Shown here one piece after another: positions 36,228 through 46,643 of a stretch of DNA of 64,000 nt. A program made the translations under genes and the position numbers. The notes beneath the pieces were generated by a model that saw nothing but the letters and a program-made list of their open reading frames with translations, searched no databases and was not told the DNA's origin. How positions within the stretch are numbered: position 1 is the stretch's first letter; every line of letters begins with the position of its first letter. The DNA is from Polyangiaceae bacterium (lineage in GTDB: Bacteria > Myxococcota_A > Polyangia > Polyangiales > Polyangiaceae): contig JBNKBE010000005.1 in assembly GCA_050287085.1 (NCBI GenBank), positions 128,001-192,000 of the forward strand, given 5' to 3'.

Positions 36228-36906
36228 GCTTGCTCCTGTTCTTTTTTGCGTGAATTGAGGCGCCCCTCGCTTGGGGCATCCACCTCGATCGCGCGGCGAG
36301 AAAGAAAGCCGCCCACGACTCGAAGCGCAGAGCGAGCAGGAGGGAGCAGGAGGGAGCCAAAGTCGCCAAGCCCTCCTGACCTCAACCGACGAACTCGCTC
36401 GCCTGGTACCCCAGCGAGGCAATGACGCCTCGGCGGGCCGGGATGCCCAAAGGCCTCCCCCCACAGGGAACCACAAGGCACGTCTCCGACCTACGTGTGA
36501 GCGGTCAATCCGCTTTTCTTGCCTGAATACGTCGATTTTCTTCGGTCTCCGCACCCACTACTGAACGAGGTGGTGCGGAAATCCGGACCGCCAGCGACAC
36601 TGCGTCGCCGCACAACGTCTCGAGGTGAGTCCTGACACTCCTTCAATGGGCGGCTGAAGTCAAGACTCGAACCAGTTTTACGTGGACCCAACGCCTATTC
36701 GAGCCCCTTGCGTACCCAAAAGCGGACGGCGGGCATCCCGATTGCTGCGCGAGATGCGCTCGCCGCGCGCCGAGCAGCGGCGTTCGCACGAATGTTTACC
36801 TAGGCGCGGCCGCCGCGCCTAGGGGGCCCGCCTGGATGACGGGCGCGGCGCGCAGGCGGGCTCTGCTCGCGAGCGCGCCATCAGGTCATCGCTCTGCTGC
36901 CCCCCG

Positions 36907-38253
36907 TCAAGGAAGGCGCAGACTGTCGGGCGAAGGGGTGAGAGGTAGGTACAACACAAAGGTCGCTCCGGCCTCCATTCCTTCGCTGCGACAGGCGATC
37001 CGCCCCCCTAACTCGGACGCAAGATTGGAGGCTTCATGCAAGCCGAAGCCCTCGCCGCCTGCCTGCGTTGTAAAACCGTGTTCGAACACTTTTTCGAGGT
37101 GCTCCGGTCGAATGCCCACACCGTTATCGGCAAACACAATGCACCACAGGTCATCCGGCTCGACGACATGGGCGCCGATCTCGATCCGCTTGGGTGTGCA
37201 ACCGCTCGCTAACACGGACTTTCGCGCGTTGCTGAGCAAACTGGTGACGATCCGCGTCAAGCGGTGACGGTCGACCTCCATCTTTCCCACTGCTGCACAG
37301 TCTACTTTCAGTTCAACCAAGCCATCTTCGCTCTCCGGTACGACAAGTCGACACGTCTCCGCCAAGAGCTCGTGAATGTCGCATTTCTCGACAAGCGGAG
37401 GCGCATTGGCGAAGCGCCGCTGACGAGCCACGATGGCCTTCAGGTGCTCAACCCTTCGTGCCATGGCTCCCACCTCGCTCCGAACGGTGGACTGCTGCTC
37501 CTCCAGCGCCTCAACGGCTCGACGCAAGAATGGCAGGACCTTATGACCTCGTGGATCCTGAGTGAAGAACGCCGACAGGTCCGGTTGGTTCTCAAGCAAG
37601 GCGACCACTCGACTCAAGCTGGCCAGCTTATCGTCGCACAGGGCGTCGCGAACCAACGCCGTCGACACCCCGACGCTGTTGAGGACATTGCCGACATTGT
37701 GGAGTATCTCGCTGGCGATCTCCGCCATGCCGGCCAGCCGCGCAGAGGCAGAAACCTCCCGTTGGGCCGCCCGCAAGTCAGCGTTGGCCGCGGTGAGCAC
37801 TCCGCGAGCCCGCTCCAACTCATCGGTCTTCTCGAGCAGGGCTGCGGCCCAACGCGTCGTTTCCGCAAGTTCGTTCTGAATGCTCCCGGCAAGTCGACAG
37901 CTCAGCACGAGTAGTTCATCACGTACGAAACGCGTACCACTGACAACAAAGGTCAGCGGCTCGCCGCCCACGTTCTCTAGAGTCACCATCATATTCTCGA
38001 AAACTTCAGGCTGGGAAAGCCCCTCAAACCCAAGCAATGACAGCGCATCGATCGACGAAACGAGGTCCATCCAGCTGCGTCCGAGCAGCTCACCGGGCGC
38101 ATAGCCAAGGATCCTCGCGGCAGACGCATTGGCAAACTGAATGGTGGAGTCTGGACGAGTGACGAAGACCGCGTCCGATAGGCCGTCCAGAATCGCTGCC
38201 CAATCCAGCGGCGCGGATTGCGGGGATGGCACGGTGACTAGGTTCTCGCACAT
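36907..38253 (-). CDS. PAS-domain sensor histidine kinase
   Basis: PAS (DAVFVT..FAN.SA..ILGY); H-box EILHNVGNVLNS; NA, DNGVG, FEHGFTT, GFGLH boxes. Confidence 0.88.
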   Translation of the reverse strand: MCENLVTVPSPQSAPLDWAAILDGLSDAVFVTRPDSTIQFANASAARILGYAPGELLGRSWMDLVSSIDALSLLGFEGLSQPEVFENMMVTLENVGGEPLTFVVSGTRFVRDELLVLSCRLAGSIQNELAETTRWAAALLEKTDELERARGVLTAANADLRAAQREVSASARLAGMAEIASEILHNVGNVLNSVGVSTALVRDALCDDKLASLSRVVALLENQPDLSAFFTQDPRGHKVLPFLRRAVEALEEQQSTVRSEVGAMARRVEHLKAIVARQRRFANAPPLVEKCDIHELLAETCRLVVPESEDGLVELKVDCAAVGKMEVDRHRLTRIVTSLLSNARKSVLASGCTPKRIEIGAHVVEPDDLWCIVFADNGVGIRPEHLEKVFEHGFTTQAGGEGFGLHEASNLASELGGRIACRSEGMEAGATFVLYLPLTPSPDSLRLP

Positions 38254-38402
38254 GGGATCTACTTCGATGACGCTACCGCCCCGTAGTTGGCAAACGGCGC
38301 ACCAGGCGCAATCTTGAGATCCCGCTAGCGCAAATCCGCCTTCAGTTCCGGGGGAATGGACCGTTAGCCCAGAGGGGGAGCAGTGGGCTTCCTGGTTGAA
38401 CC

Positions 38403-40004
38403 ATGGGTAAGCTGCGGGTACTTGCAATTGACGACGACAAGAGCACGCGCGAGCTGCTGCGTGCTCACCTGGAAACAGACTACGTCGTTGACCTTCGCTC
38501 GGACGGAGTTGAAGGCCTGCAGGCTATTCGCTCGGTAAGGCCCGATATCGTGCTTTCCGACGTCGAGATGCCACGTATGGACGGCTTCGCGCTCGCTCGA
38601 ATCCTCAAGAGCAAGCCAGACTTAGCCCGTATTCCCTTACTGCTCGTTACGGCGCGCGAGGGTGACTTTGCAGCGGCGGAGTGCCTCGACGCAGGCGCTG
38701 ACGACTACGTCCGGAAACCGATTCAGCGTCGAGAGTTTCTCGCGCGAGTCGGGGCCGCGGCACGACACGTCGCGTTGAGCGCTGAGCTCGAAGCCAGTTA
38801 CCGCGCCTTGCACGTCGCTCGAAACGAGCTGCTCCTAACCTTCGACCAGGCAGCGGACGCCATCGTCTCCTACGAGGCAAGCGGGATAGTCCGCACCCAC
38901 AACGCAGCCGCAACCCAACTCCTGATGGGGGGTGATGCGCCGTCCGGCGAAGACAGCGCGCGGCTCGTAGGGCATACGGTGGAGGAGCTCCTTGCAACCC
39001 CGGCGTGGTGGCAAGACGGCGAGCCCTATCACGTGTCCTTGGACTTTGGCGGGGGCACTCGCCACCTGGAGTTTCGCGTGGCTGCCGACGCGGACTCAGG
39101 ACAACACGTTGCGGTCATTCGCGACGTGACGTGGGCGATCGATACACGGCGCGAGCTCGAACGACAGCAAGAACGGCTGGCGCAATCGGTACGCCTGGCA
39201 GGGCAGGCGAGAGTTGCCACCGGCGTTCTCCACAACGTGGCAAACGTGCTCAACAGTGCGCGCGTCGGAGCCGAAATCCTGCGCCAGCAGTGCGAAGGCA
39301 TGCGACCGGACCGCCTTCGAAAACTGGCCCATCTGTTGGAGGACATCGAACCGGAACTGAGGGCCACACTGCCAGACAAAGCCCCAGTCGTGGTCACCTT
39401 CGCGCAACGCATCGCAAGTGAATTCGCCACCACTACACAGCGGATGCAAACCGAGCTGAAGAGTCTACAGCGAAGACTGCAGCACGCTGCCATCGTGTTA
39501 GGACGGCAGCAGCGCTTCGCCAAATGCAGCAACGGGGTGCAAGAGCTCTCACTCGACGAAGTCGTCGCCACCGCGCTGGATCTCGCGGACGTCGGAGATC
39601 CTAGCGTTGTGCGCCGCGACATCCAATGCGAGTCAGTCATCGCAGACGAGCATCGTATATTGGAAATTCTAATCAATCTGCTCAGCAACGCGGCCGACGC
39701 CGTCCGCGAAACCGAAACCCCCGCCATCCTAGTTCGGACTGTAGAACACCCTCCGCCGGTTGCCCGCGTCGACGTCACGATTGCTGACAATGGCATCGGA
39801 CTTGCTCCTGAACGGCTCGGTTCCTTATTTGAACATGGGGTAACCACCAAGGTCGATGGCCATGGCTTTGGGCTGCATAGCTGCGCTCAGGCCGCAAGCG
39901 AGATGGGCGGAACGCTGTCGGTCAGCAGCGAAGGTATCGGACGCGGTGCCTCGTTTACCCTTTCCTTGCCCCGCTTCCCCGTGACCAAGGAGCAGAATGC
40001 ATGA
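38403..40004 (+). CDS. Hybrid receiver-PAS-histidine kinase
   Basis: REC (IDDD, SDVEMPRMDG, KP); H-box GVLHNVANVLNS; DNGIG, GHGFGLH. Confidence 0.9.
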   Translation: MGKLRVLAIDDDKSTRELLRAHLETDYVVDLRSDGVEGLQAIRSVRPDIVLSDVEMPRMDGFALARILKSKPDLARIPLLLVTAREGDFAAAECLDAGADDYVRKPIQRREFLARVGAAARHVALSAELEASYRALHVARNELLLTFDQAADAIVSYEASGIVRTHNAAATQLLMGGDAPSGEDSARLVGHTVEELLATPAWWQDGEPYHVSLDFGGGTRHLEFRVAADADSGQHVAVIRDVTWAIDTRRELERQQERLAQSVRLAGQARVATGVLHNVANVLNSARVGAEILRQQCEGMRPDRLRKLAHLLEDIEPELRATLPDKAPVVVTFAQRIASEFATTTQRMQTELKSLQRRLQHAAIVLGRQQRFAKCSNGVQELSLDEVVATALDLADVGDPSVVRRDIQCESVIADEHRILEILINLLSNAADAVRETETPAILVRTVEHPPPVARVDVTIADNGIGLAPERLGSLFEHGVTTKVDGHGFGLHSCAQAASEMGGTLSVSSEGIGRGASFTLSLPRFPVTKEQNA

Positions 40005-41449
40005 ACAGCCTAGCCCCACTCCCTGCGAGTAGCTCGCATCGGCTGTTGATAGTCGACGACAATCGCGACATTCACGAGGACATTCGCAAGATCCTGGGCA
40101 GTCAGCGCGCGGACCCTGAGCTCGACAGCCTCGAGGCCGAACTATTTGGGGAGGAACCCTCGCCCACCAGCTTTCCGCAACAGTCCTTTGTGATCGACTC
40201 TGCGACGCAAGGTCAAGAGGCTCTCGAACTCGTGCGACGCGCGACCGCCGACGGAGTTCCGTACTCGCTCGCCTTCGTCGACATGCGAATGCCGCCGGGT
40301 TGGGACGGGGTTACGACGATCGAACACCTCTGGAAGGTCGACCCCAGCCTGCAGATCGTAATCTGCACGGCGTACTCAGACCACAGCTGGCACGACATCG
40401 TACAGCGGCTGCAAGCGTTCGAGCGCCTACTGATCATCAAGAAGCCATTCGACAACGTGGAGATCGTCCAGACCGCTTACAACTTGTCTCATAAGTGGTC
40501 GCTGGAACGACAGCTCAGCGAGCAAATGGTGATGCTAAACCAGGTCGTTGAGGAGAAGACGGCCGACCTAAAGAGGGCGAACAACGAGCTCCAAAAACGG
40601 CTCGCAGACCTCCACCGAATGGAGTCCGAACTGCGGCTAGCCCAGAAACTCGAAAGCGTAGGCCAACTAGCGGCCGGAGTAGCCCATGAGCTCAACACGC
40701 CCGCACAATTCGTGACCGATAATCTCGGATTTCTGGCGGATTCCAATCGGGACTTGAACAAGCTGGTGCGCGCCTATCAACACTACGTGCACGCGCAACC
40801 GCCCTGTCGAGAGCAAGACACCATTCGCGAGCTGGAAGAGGCCGTGGATGTTGAATACCTATTGAGCGAGATACCGTCAGCAATCTCCCAGTCAATCGAT
40901 GGCATGAAGCGCACAGCCGAGATCGTGCGGGCCTTGAAGCAATTTTGTCATCCAAGCACAGGTGAACGCAACAGCATGGACGTAAACGCCGCTCTTGATA
41001 CCACGTTGACGGTCGCGCGCAACGAGTGGAAGTACGTCGCAGAACTGGAACTTAATCTGGCTCCCGACTTGCCGCAGATTCTGGCCCTATGCGGCGAGAT
41101 GAATCAGGTGTTCCTCAACCTCATCGTGAATGCTGCACACGCCATGGCCGACACAGAGAAGAACGGCCACAAGGGCATCTTGAGCGTCACCACACGCCAG
41201 GTGGATGCAGACCGAATCGAGATCGCTATCGGCGACACCGGCAGCGGCATTGCTGACGACATCAAGGACAAGGTCTTTGACCCCTTCTTTACGACAAAAG
41301 GTGTTGGCAAGGGAACGGGTCAAGGGCTGGCCCTGGTGCACAATGTGGTCGTAACCCAACACGGTGGCGACGTCCGACTCGAAACGGAGGTGGGCAAGGG
41401 CACCACCTTCTACGTTCGCCTGCCCCTCCGGCCAAGGGTCGAAGCGTGA
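40001..41449 (+). CDS. Hybrid receiver-histidine kinase
   Basis: VDDN, VDMRMPPGWDG, KPFD; H-box AGVAHELNTP; FFTTKGVGKGTGQGL; ATGA overlap with the previous gene. Confidence 0.92.
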   Translation: MNSLAPLPASSSHRLLIVDDNRDIHEDIRKILGSQRADPELDSLEAELFGEEPSPTSFPQQSFVIDSATQGQEALELVRRATADGVPYSLAFVDMRMPPGWDGVTTIEHLWKVDPSLQIVICTAYSDHSWHDIVQRLQAFERLLIIKKPFDNVEIVQTAYNLSHKWSLERQLSEQMVMLNQVVEEKTADLKRANNELQKRLADLHRMESELRLAQKLESVGQLAAGVAHELNTPAQFVTDNLGFLADSNRDLNKLVRAYQHYVHAQPPCREQDTIRELEEAVDVEYLLSEIPSAISQSIDGMKRTAEIVRALKQFCHPSTGERNSMDVNAALDTTLTVARNEWKYVAELELNLAPDLPQILALCGEMNQVFLNLIVNAAHAMADTEKNGHKGILSVTTRQVDADRIEIAIGDTGSGIADDIKDKVFDPFFTTKGVGKGTGQGLALVHNVVVTQHGGDVRLETEVGKGTTFYVRLPLRPRVEA

Positions 41450-42603
41450 TGAAATCCGTACTATTCGTGGACGACGAGCCCAACGTGCTGTCTGGACTCA
41501 AGCGAATGCTGCGCCCCAGACGGGCGGAGTGGAGCTTGCACTTCGCAAGCAGTGGCAGGGAAGCGCTAGAACTGCTCCAAACCCTGCACTGCGACGTGCT
41601 GGTCACGGACATGCGCATGCCCGACATCGACGGAGCAGAGCTATTGCGCCGTACACAAGCATCTCACCCCGGCGTTGTTCGCATAGTGCTGTCCGGTCAC
41701 GCGGAGCTCGAGACGGCGCTGCGGGCGGTTCCGCTTGCCCACCAGTTCATGACCAAGCCGACTGAGCCGGAGCGCCTATGCCGAACGATTGAGCGAGCAT
41801 GCTCCATTCAAGACATGCTCAGCAATCCCAGTCTTCGCAAGGCAGTGAGCGGCATCCGTTCGCTGCCTGTACTGCCCGTCATCTATCATGAGCTGACAGA
41901 GAAGCTCGCCGATGAAAACGTGGACCTTGTTGAAGCAGCCCGCATAGTCGAGAAGGATCCCGGTCTTTCCGCAAAACTCCTGAAGGTTGTTAACTCCGCG
42001 TTCTTCGGTGTACCGCGTCGGGTCAGTGGCATTCAGGATGCGGCCCTCATGCTGGGGTCCAATATGCTAAAAAACTTGGTCCTCGGCGCCTCTCTCTTCA
42101 GCCCCGACGAACACGCATTGGGCCTTGACCTCGCACAAGAGCAACAGCGTGGCATGCTCGTCGGTCGCCTGGCCATGCAGATGCTCGAACGCCGCCAACA
42201 CAAGGAGGACGCCTTTGCCGCTGGTGTGTTGCTCACGCTCGGTCGATACCTGGTCGCGATCCAAGCGAGGGAGGCCCTCGAATCAATTCTAGCTGCCGTG
42301 GCCGGCGGCATGCCTCGCGTGGAGGCCGAGCTCCAGGTGCTGGGCGCTAGCGCCGCCCAGATGGGAGCATACCTGCTAGGTCTGTGGGGCCTCCCGTACT
42401 CCATCGTCGAGGCCGTGGCCTACCACGAACGTCCCTCACAGGTAGAAGCTCGAGACTTCGATCCACTCGGTGCGGTGCACGTAGCCAACGCGCTCATCAG
42501 CCCCGGAGCTGACTTGGATGAACTCTATGTGGACCAAAGTGGGATCCGCGGGAGCCTGCCCGAATGGCGCAAAGCAGCAGAACGCATCGAGGGTGCGTCG
42601 TGA
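41446..42603 (+). CDS. Response regulator with HDOD output domain
   Basis: VDDE, DMRMP; LPVLP.IY, DPGLSAKLLKVVNSAFFG, GAYLLGLWGLP..IVEAVAYH. Confidence 0.9.
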   Translation: MMKSVLFVDDEPNVLSGLKRMLRPRRAEWSLHFASSGREALELLQTLHCDVLVTDMRMPDIDGAELLRRTQASHPGVVRIVLSGHAELETALRAVPLAHQFMTKPTEPERLCRTIERACSIQDMLSNPSLRKAVSGIRSLPVLPVIYHELTEKLADENVDLVEAARIVEKDPGLSAKLLKVVNSAFFGVPRRVSGIQDAALMLGSNMLKNLVLGASLFSPDEHALGLDLAQEQQRGMLVGRLAMQMLERRQHKEDAFAAGVLLTLGRYLVAIQAREALESILAAVAGGMPRVEAELQVLGASAAQMGAYLLGLWGLPYSIVEAVAYHERPSQVEARDFDPLGAVHVANALISPGADLDELYVDQSGIRGSLPEWRKAAERIEGAS

Positions 42604-43736
42604 CCGAGCAGCCACATCCACGAATTCTGTGTGTAGACGACGAGCCGCATCTGCTGGAGGGCCTCAGTCGAACCCTGCGAAGAGCCTTCTGTACGACAAC
42701 CGCCCTCGGTGCAGACGACGGCCTACGCGCTTTTCAGAAGCAGCCCTTTCCGGTCGTGTTGTCCGATCTTCGCATGCCCGGCATGGACGGCTTGGAGTTC
42801 CTGGCGGAGGTACGCAGGCGCGAGCCTGATACGGTCTGCGTACTGCTCACGGGGGATGCAGATTTGGCACGCGCGATCGCCGCGCTGAATGAAGGGCACG
42901 TCTTTCGCTTTCTAAACAAGCCATGTCCAAGTCCATTGCTGATGCGTTCCCTGCGCGGCGCCTACCACCAGTATCAGCTTCAGACCGGCCATCGGCAGAT
43001 GTTCGAAGAAACGCTGCGAGGCACGGTAGCCGCCCTATGTGATATGCTTGGGGTTGCCCGCCCGAGCGCATTCGGCCGTGCGCATCGACTCCGCCGCTGG
43101 CTCCAAGTGGCTAGCCGCACTTTGGCGCAACCCGGATGGGAGCTCGAGATGGCCGCCCAACTATGCCAAGTCGGATGGCTGATGATTCCTGAAGAGCTCT
43201 TGCGTCGCCTTCGCGCAGGAGCTCAACTCTCGGCCGCAGAGGCGAATATGCTCAGGGCCGTCCCGACGGCGGCGCGACGCATCGCCGAGGAGATCCCGCA
43301 TCTGAATGGAGTGAGGGAGTTGATCAACGATGCAGCTTGCGAACTCGCTCCGAGCTCGGCGAGCTGCGCCACGACACCGCGTCTCCCAGCCGGACGCCTG
43401 CTCGCGGCGGCGCTGCATCTGGACCGCGTCCTCGAAACCGAAGACGTCGCGAGGGCTGGCCAAGTCTTGGAGCAGCTCTCCTTCGTCGACGCACAAATGG
43501 CCCGTGCTCTGCTGGACGCTCTAGGACGAGGCAGCCGCTTCGAGCGCACCATCCCACTCGCTGAATTGGTGCCAGGTATGGTCTTTCTGGAAGATGTCGA
43601 ATGCGCAGGCGACGTGATCGCAGCCCGCGGACAACAAGCGACAACGGCACTGCTGGGACGCCTGCTCAATGTCACACGCCCCGACAGTCTTCCGCCCAGC
43701 GTGCGCTGCGCCGTTCCGAACGAGGCGTCAGAGTAG
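42600..43736 (+). CDS. Response regulator with degenerate HD/HD-GYP-like output domain
   Basis: VDDE, SDLRMPGMDG, FRFLNKP; P.AFGRA.R..W.LEMAA.L.QVG; the metal-binding HD and HHE residues are not evident. GTGA overlap at 42600. Confidence 0.8.
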   Translation: MTEQPHPRILCVDDEPHLLEGLSRTLRRAFCTTTALGADDGLRAFQKQPFPVVLSDLRMPGMDGLEFLAEVRRREPDTVCVLLTGDADLARAIAALNEGHVFRFLNKPCPSPLLMRSLRGAYHQYQLQTGHRQMFEETLRGTVAALCDMLGVARPSAFGRAHRLRRWLQVASRTLAQPGWELEMAAQLCQVGWLMIPEELLRRLRAGAQLSAAEANMLRAVPTAARRIAEEIPHLNGVRELINDAACELAPSSASCATTPRLPAGRLLAAALHLDRVLETEDVARAGQVLEQLSFVDAQMARALLDALGRGSRFERTIPLAELVPGMVFLEDVECAGDVIAARGQQATTALLGRLLNVTRPDSLPPSVRCAVPNEASE

Positions 43737-44202
43737 CTTCGACTTGCCCTGTTAAGTCAATCACGTCATCCTCGAAAGCTCAGCTGCGATTCACAGCTTG
43801 CTGGGGCGTCAACAATTCAATCTGGAAGCGCGCGTCCCGTGCCCCAGAGCGGTCTTGGTGAAACGCATGACGGTCGGCGAGCCGGCTGCACGACTCTCTC
43901 TTCCAGTTGGAAGCGGGAGGTGTCGATTGGGAAGAACCGGGACAATCGGGCAACGGCGCCGCGCATTGCATCGCCTGCCAGTGCCAACCTGGAACGGTGT
44001 TTCTCTGCCAGAGGAACGAGATCGCGCACAGGCGTCCCATGGGCCAGCCTGCTACCGCCGACCCACAAGTGCTACAAGTGAACACTTGCTACTCGTCCCC
44101 GAATCCCACTACGAAGCACGTGGATGCAGTCTTTGAGATTGCAACGAGGGAACCCGCCAACGAGGCACGAAGTGACCGTGGCAACACATTATCCTCCGGG
44201 TC

Positions 44203-44784
44203 GTGATGCAAAATTCAGGTAGGCAGCACTCCGTGCTGAGCCGCGCCGCTCGAGCTTTGGCCGAAGAGGTTTCGGGGCTCAGCCCGCTGCAGTCCGCCAG
44301 TCAATGGCTATCGGGCTTCTTGCCTCCTCTTACTTTTTCTAGGCTGCGCACTGGAATGCTGCGAGCTACTGGTGGGCTTCAGATCGGCCCTCGTTCACTG
44401 TTCTGTGGCAAGGTGTCGGTCTGCGGACGCGTTTCGCAGACGTGTCCGCTGCGTATCGGTGCCGACTGCATCATAACAAGTCCACTATTTGTCGACCTGC
44501 ACGCGGGCGTGAGCGTCGGTGATAGGGTCTATATCGGCCCGGAAAGCGCGCTGCTAACGGTGGGTCACGATATCGCCGATGGTGATCGCCGCTGCGGGCA
44601 ACGCCACTTTGCGTCCATTCGCATCGAAGACGGGGCCTGGCTGGGGGCTCGAGTCATCGTGATGCCGGGTGTCAACATCGGAAAGGGAGCTGTGGTGGGC
44701 GCAGGAAGCGTCGTCACGCGCGACGTCCCCGCAAACACTCTGGTTGCAGGCTCGCCAGCCAGAATCGTCCGCCAGCTCGATTGA
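44203..44784 (+). CDS. Hexapeptide-repeat (LbH) O-acetyltransferase, maltose/galactoside acetyltransferase family
   Basis: IEDGAWLGARVIVMPGVNIGKGAVVGAGSVVTRDVPANTLVAGSPAR. Confidence 0.9.
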   Translation: MMQNSGRQHSVLSRAARALAEEVSGLSPLQSASQWLSGFLPPLTFSRLRTGMLRATGGLQIGPRSLFCGKVSVCGRVSQTCPLRIGADCIITSPLFVDLHAGVSVGDRVYIGPESALLTVGHDIADGDRRCGQRHFASIRIEDGAWLGARVIVMPGVNIGKGAVVGAGSVVTRDVPANTLVAGSPARIVRQLD

Positions 44785-44921
44785 AGAAGAGCAGGGCCGT
44801 CGCTTTCGATCACCGAACCTGGGGAGCGGCGGTCGCAAAGGGCACATCGCGATAGCGCCCTTCTGACGACGACCCGTCCACCAGTCGTCAGACTTACACT
44901 CCAAAGGGCTGCGCGCTGCCC

Positions 44922-46643
44922 TTAGAGGCGACCGTTCTTCTGTGGCGCCCAGCTATCGGCGAGCTCACGAGCCCTCTCGAGCTCGCCCTGCTGCACGTTG
45001 GGCGGCACCTCCAATACCCGAAACAGCTGAGCAAGAACCTGGAGCATGCCCTCCCCTTCTTCGGCAACCACCCGAATCACGCCCTGCCGCAACAGGACCT
45101 GTCTTTCGGCAAGATAGTGGGTGCGCGCAACGATATGTGCCGCAGGCGCAACCCGTTGGGCTGCTTCCACGACCCGCTCGGTGGCTGACAGATCATTGAT
45201 GGTGATCACCACGGCCCGCGCCGTTGCTATGTGCGCGTGACCGAGCGCCTCTTCGCTCGTTGCGTCCGCGTAGAAAACAGGGGCTCCGACCTCGCGTCCG
45301 CGACGAACGTTTTCTGGATTCAGTTCAAGGATAGCGTGCCTCACTCCGAGCCGACGGAGACCAGCCGCCAGCGTCTCTCCTGCAAAACCGTACCCCACCA
45401 CCACCACGTGACCTTCGAGGGCCGGTTCATGATCCAGTTCTTCAATGCCGCGCGCTCCCATGAGCCGCGCCAGTGGCGCCAACAGCCGTTCACCGGCCGT
45501 GACGTGGGGCGCCACCTGAACGAGAATCGGCGTCAAGAACATGCTGATGATCCCCGCCGCTAGCAGGGGCTTGACTTCGACCTCGGAGACGACCTGTGAC
45601 TGAACTCCCAGCTTGACCAAGACGAAGCCAAACTCACCGAACTGGGCCAGTCCCAGACCCGCAAGCCACGCCACACGCGGTGGAAAGCGCATGGCCAAAG
45701 CCGCAACCGTGGCCACGGCCCCTTTGACCAATACGAACGTGATGAACCAAGCAAGAACCGCGAGCGGAGCGGCAGCCAGTACCTCCACGTCGAAGAACAT
45801 GCCGAGGGAAACGAAGAAGAAACTGACGAAAACGTCCCTCAAGGAGAGCATGTCACCCAGCGCCCGGTGACGATAGTCGGTGTCCGCCACGACCACGCCA
45901 CCCAAGAAAGCGCCCAGGGCAAGCGACAGCCCAGCCAAGGACGTCACCCATGCTGTGCCTGCGCAGATCGCAACAACGGCCAGCAGGAACACTTCACGGC
46001 TGCGACTTGCAGCCACCAAGAAGAAGAGACGCGGCACAATGACCCGCGCAAGTGACAACACGAGCGCGATGACGGCCACGGCCTTCAGCAAGGCGAGCGC
46101 AATGACCAAAGACCCAGCCTGTTTCCCTTCGCTCAGCATGGGAACAATCAGCACCATGGGCACGACACAAAGGTCTTGGAAGATGAGAGCGCCGACGATG
46201 AAACGCCCCTGCGGCGCCTCTGTTTCGCGTCGCTCGGCAAGAACTCTAAGGACCAGGGCAGTGCTGGATAGAGCCACCACAAAACCGAAAAATACCGCAA
46301 CCCCCGAGGTTGCGCCGATTGCCATCACCCCTAGCGCGACAGCCGACACCGTGCCCGCGACCTGAATCAGCCCCCCCAAGGCCACGCGTTGCATGATGTG
46401 TCGAAGACGGGCCAGTGAAAACTCGAGGCCGATCGTAAACAGAAGCAACACGACCCCAACCTCCGCGATAGACTCAATCGCATGGGTATCGCGGACGAAT
46501 CCGGCTCCGTAGGGCCCCATGAAGACGCCGGCAAGCAGCAGCCCCGCGGCCGCGGGCATGCGCAGGCGACCCACCACGAGCGCCACTCCCACGGCGGTAG
46601 CCGCAACCAACGCAATCTCTCGCAGAAGGGGAATGTGGCTCAT
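44922..46643 (-). CDS. CPA2 cation:proton antiporter with TrkA-N/KTN domain (Kef/YbaL-like)
   Basis: AEVGVVLLLFTIGLEFS, ALSSTA, LIFQD, LGAFLGG, LAQFGEFGFV, VVGYGFAG, YADAT. Start moved to ATG at 46643. Confidence 0.92.
   Translation of the reverse strand: MSHIPLLREIALVAATAVGVALVVGRLRMPAAAGLLLAGVFMGPYGAGFVRDTHAIESIAEVGVVLLLFTIGLEFSLARLRHIMQRVALGGLIQVAGTVSAVALGVMAIGATSGVAVFFGFVVALSSTALVLRVLAERRETEAPQGRFIVGALIFQDLCVVPMVLIVPMLSEGKQAGSLVIALALLKAVAVIALVLSLARVIVPRLFFLVAASRSREVFLLAVVAICAGTAWVTSLAGLSLALGAFLGGVVVADTDYRHRALGDMLSLRDVFVSFFFVSLGMFFDVEVLAAAPLAVLAWFITFVLVKGAVATVAALAMRFPPRVAWLAGLGLAQFGEFGFVLVKLGVQSQVVSEVEVKPLLAAGIISMFLTPILVQVAPHVTAGERLLAPLARLMGARGIEELDHEPALEGHVVVVGYGFAGETLAAGLRRLGVRHAILELNPENVRRGREVGAPVFYADATSEEALGHAHIATARAVVITINDLSATERVVEAAQRVAPAAHIVARTHYLAERQVLLRQGVIRVVAEEGEGMLQVLAQLFRVLEVPPNVQQGELERARELADSWAPQKNGRL

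Noticed and set aside
43737..44202. Short ORFs in the gap after the phosphorelay cluster (e.g. 43907-44206 with HCIACQC)
   Set aside because: No recognisable family or RBS, and several conflicting overlapping frames; treated as intergenic.
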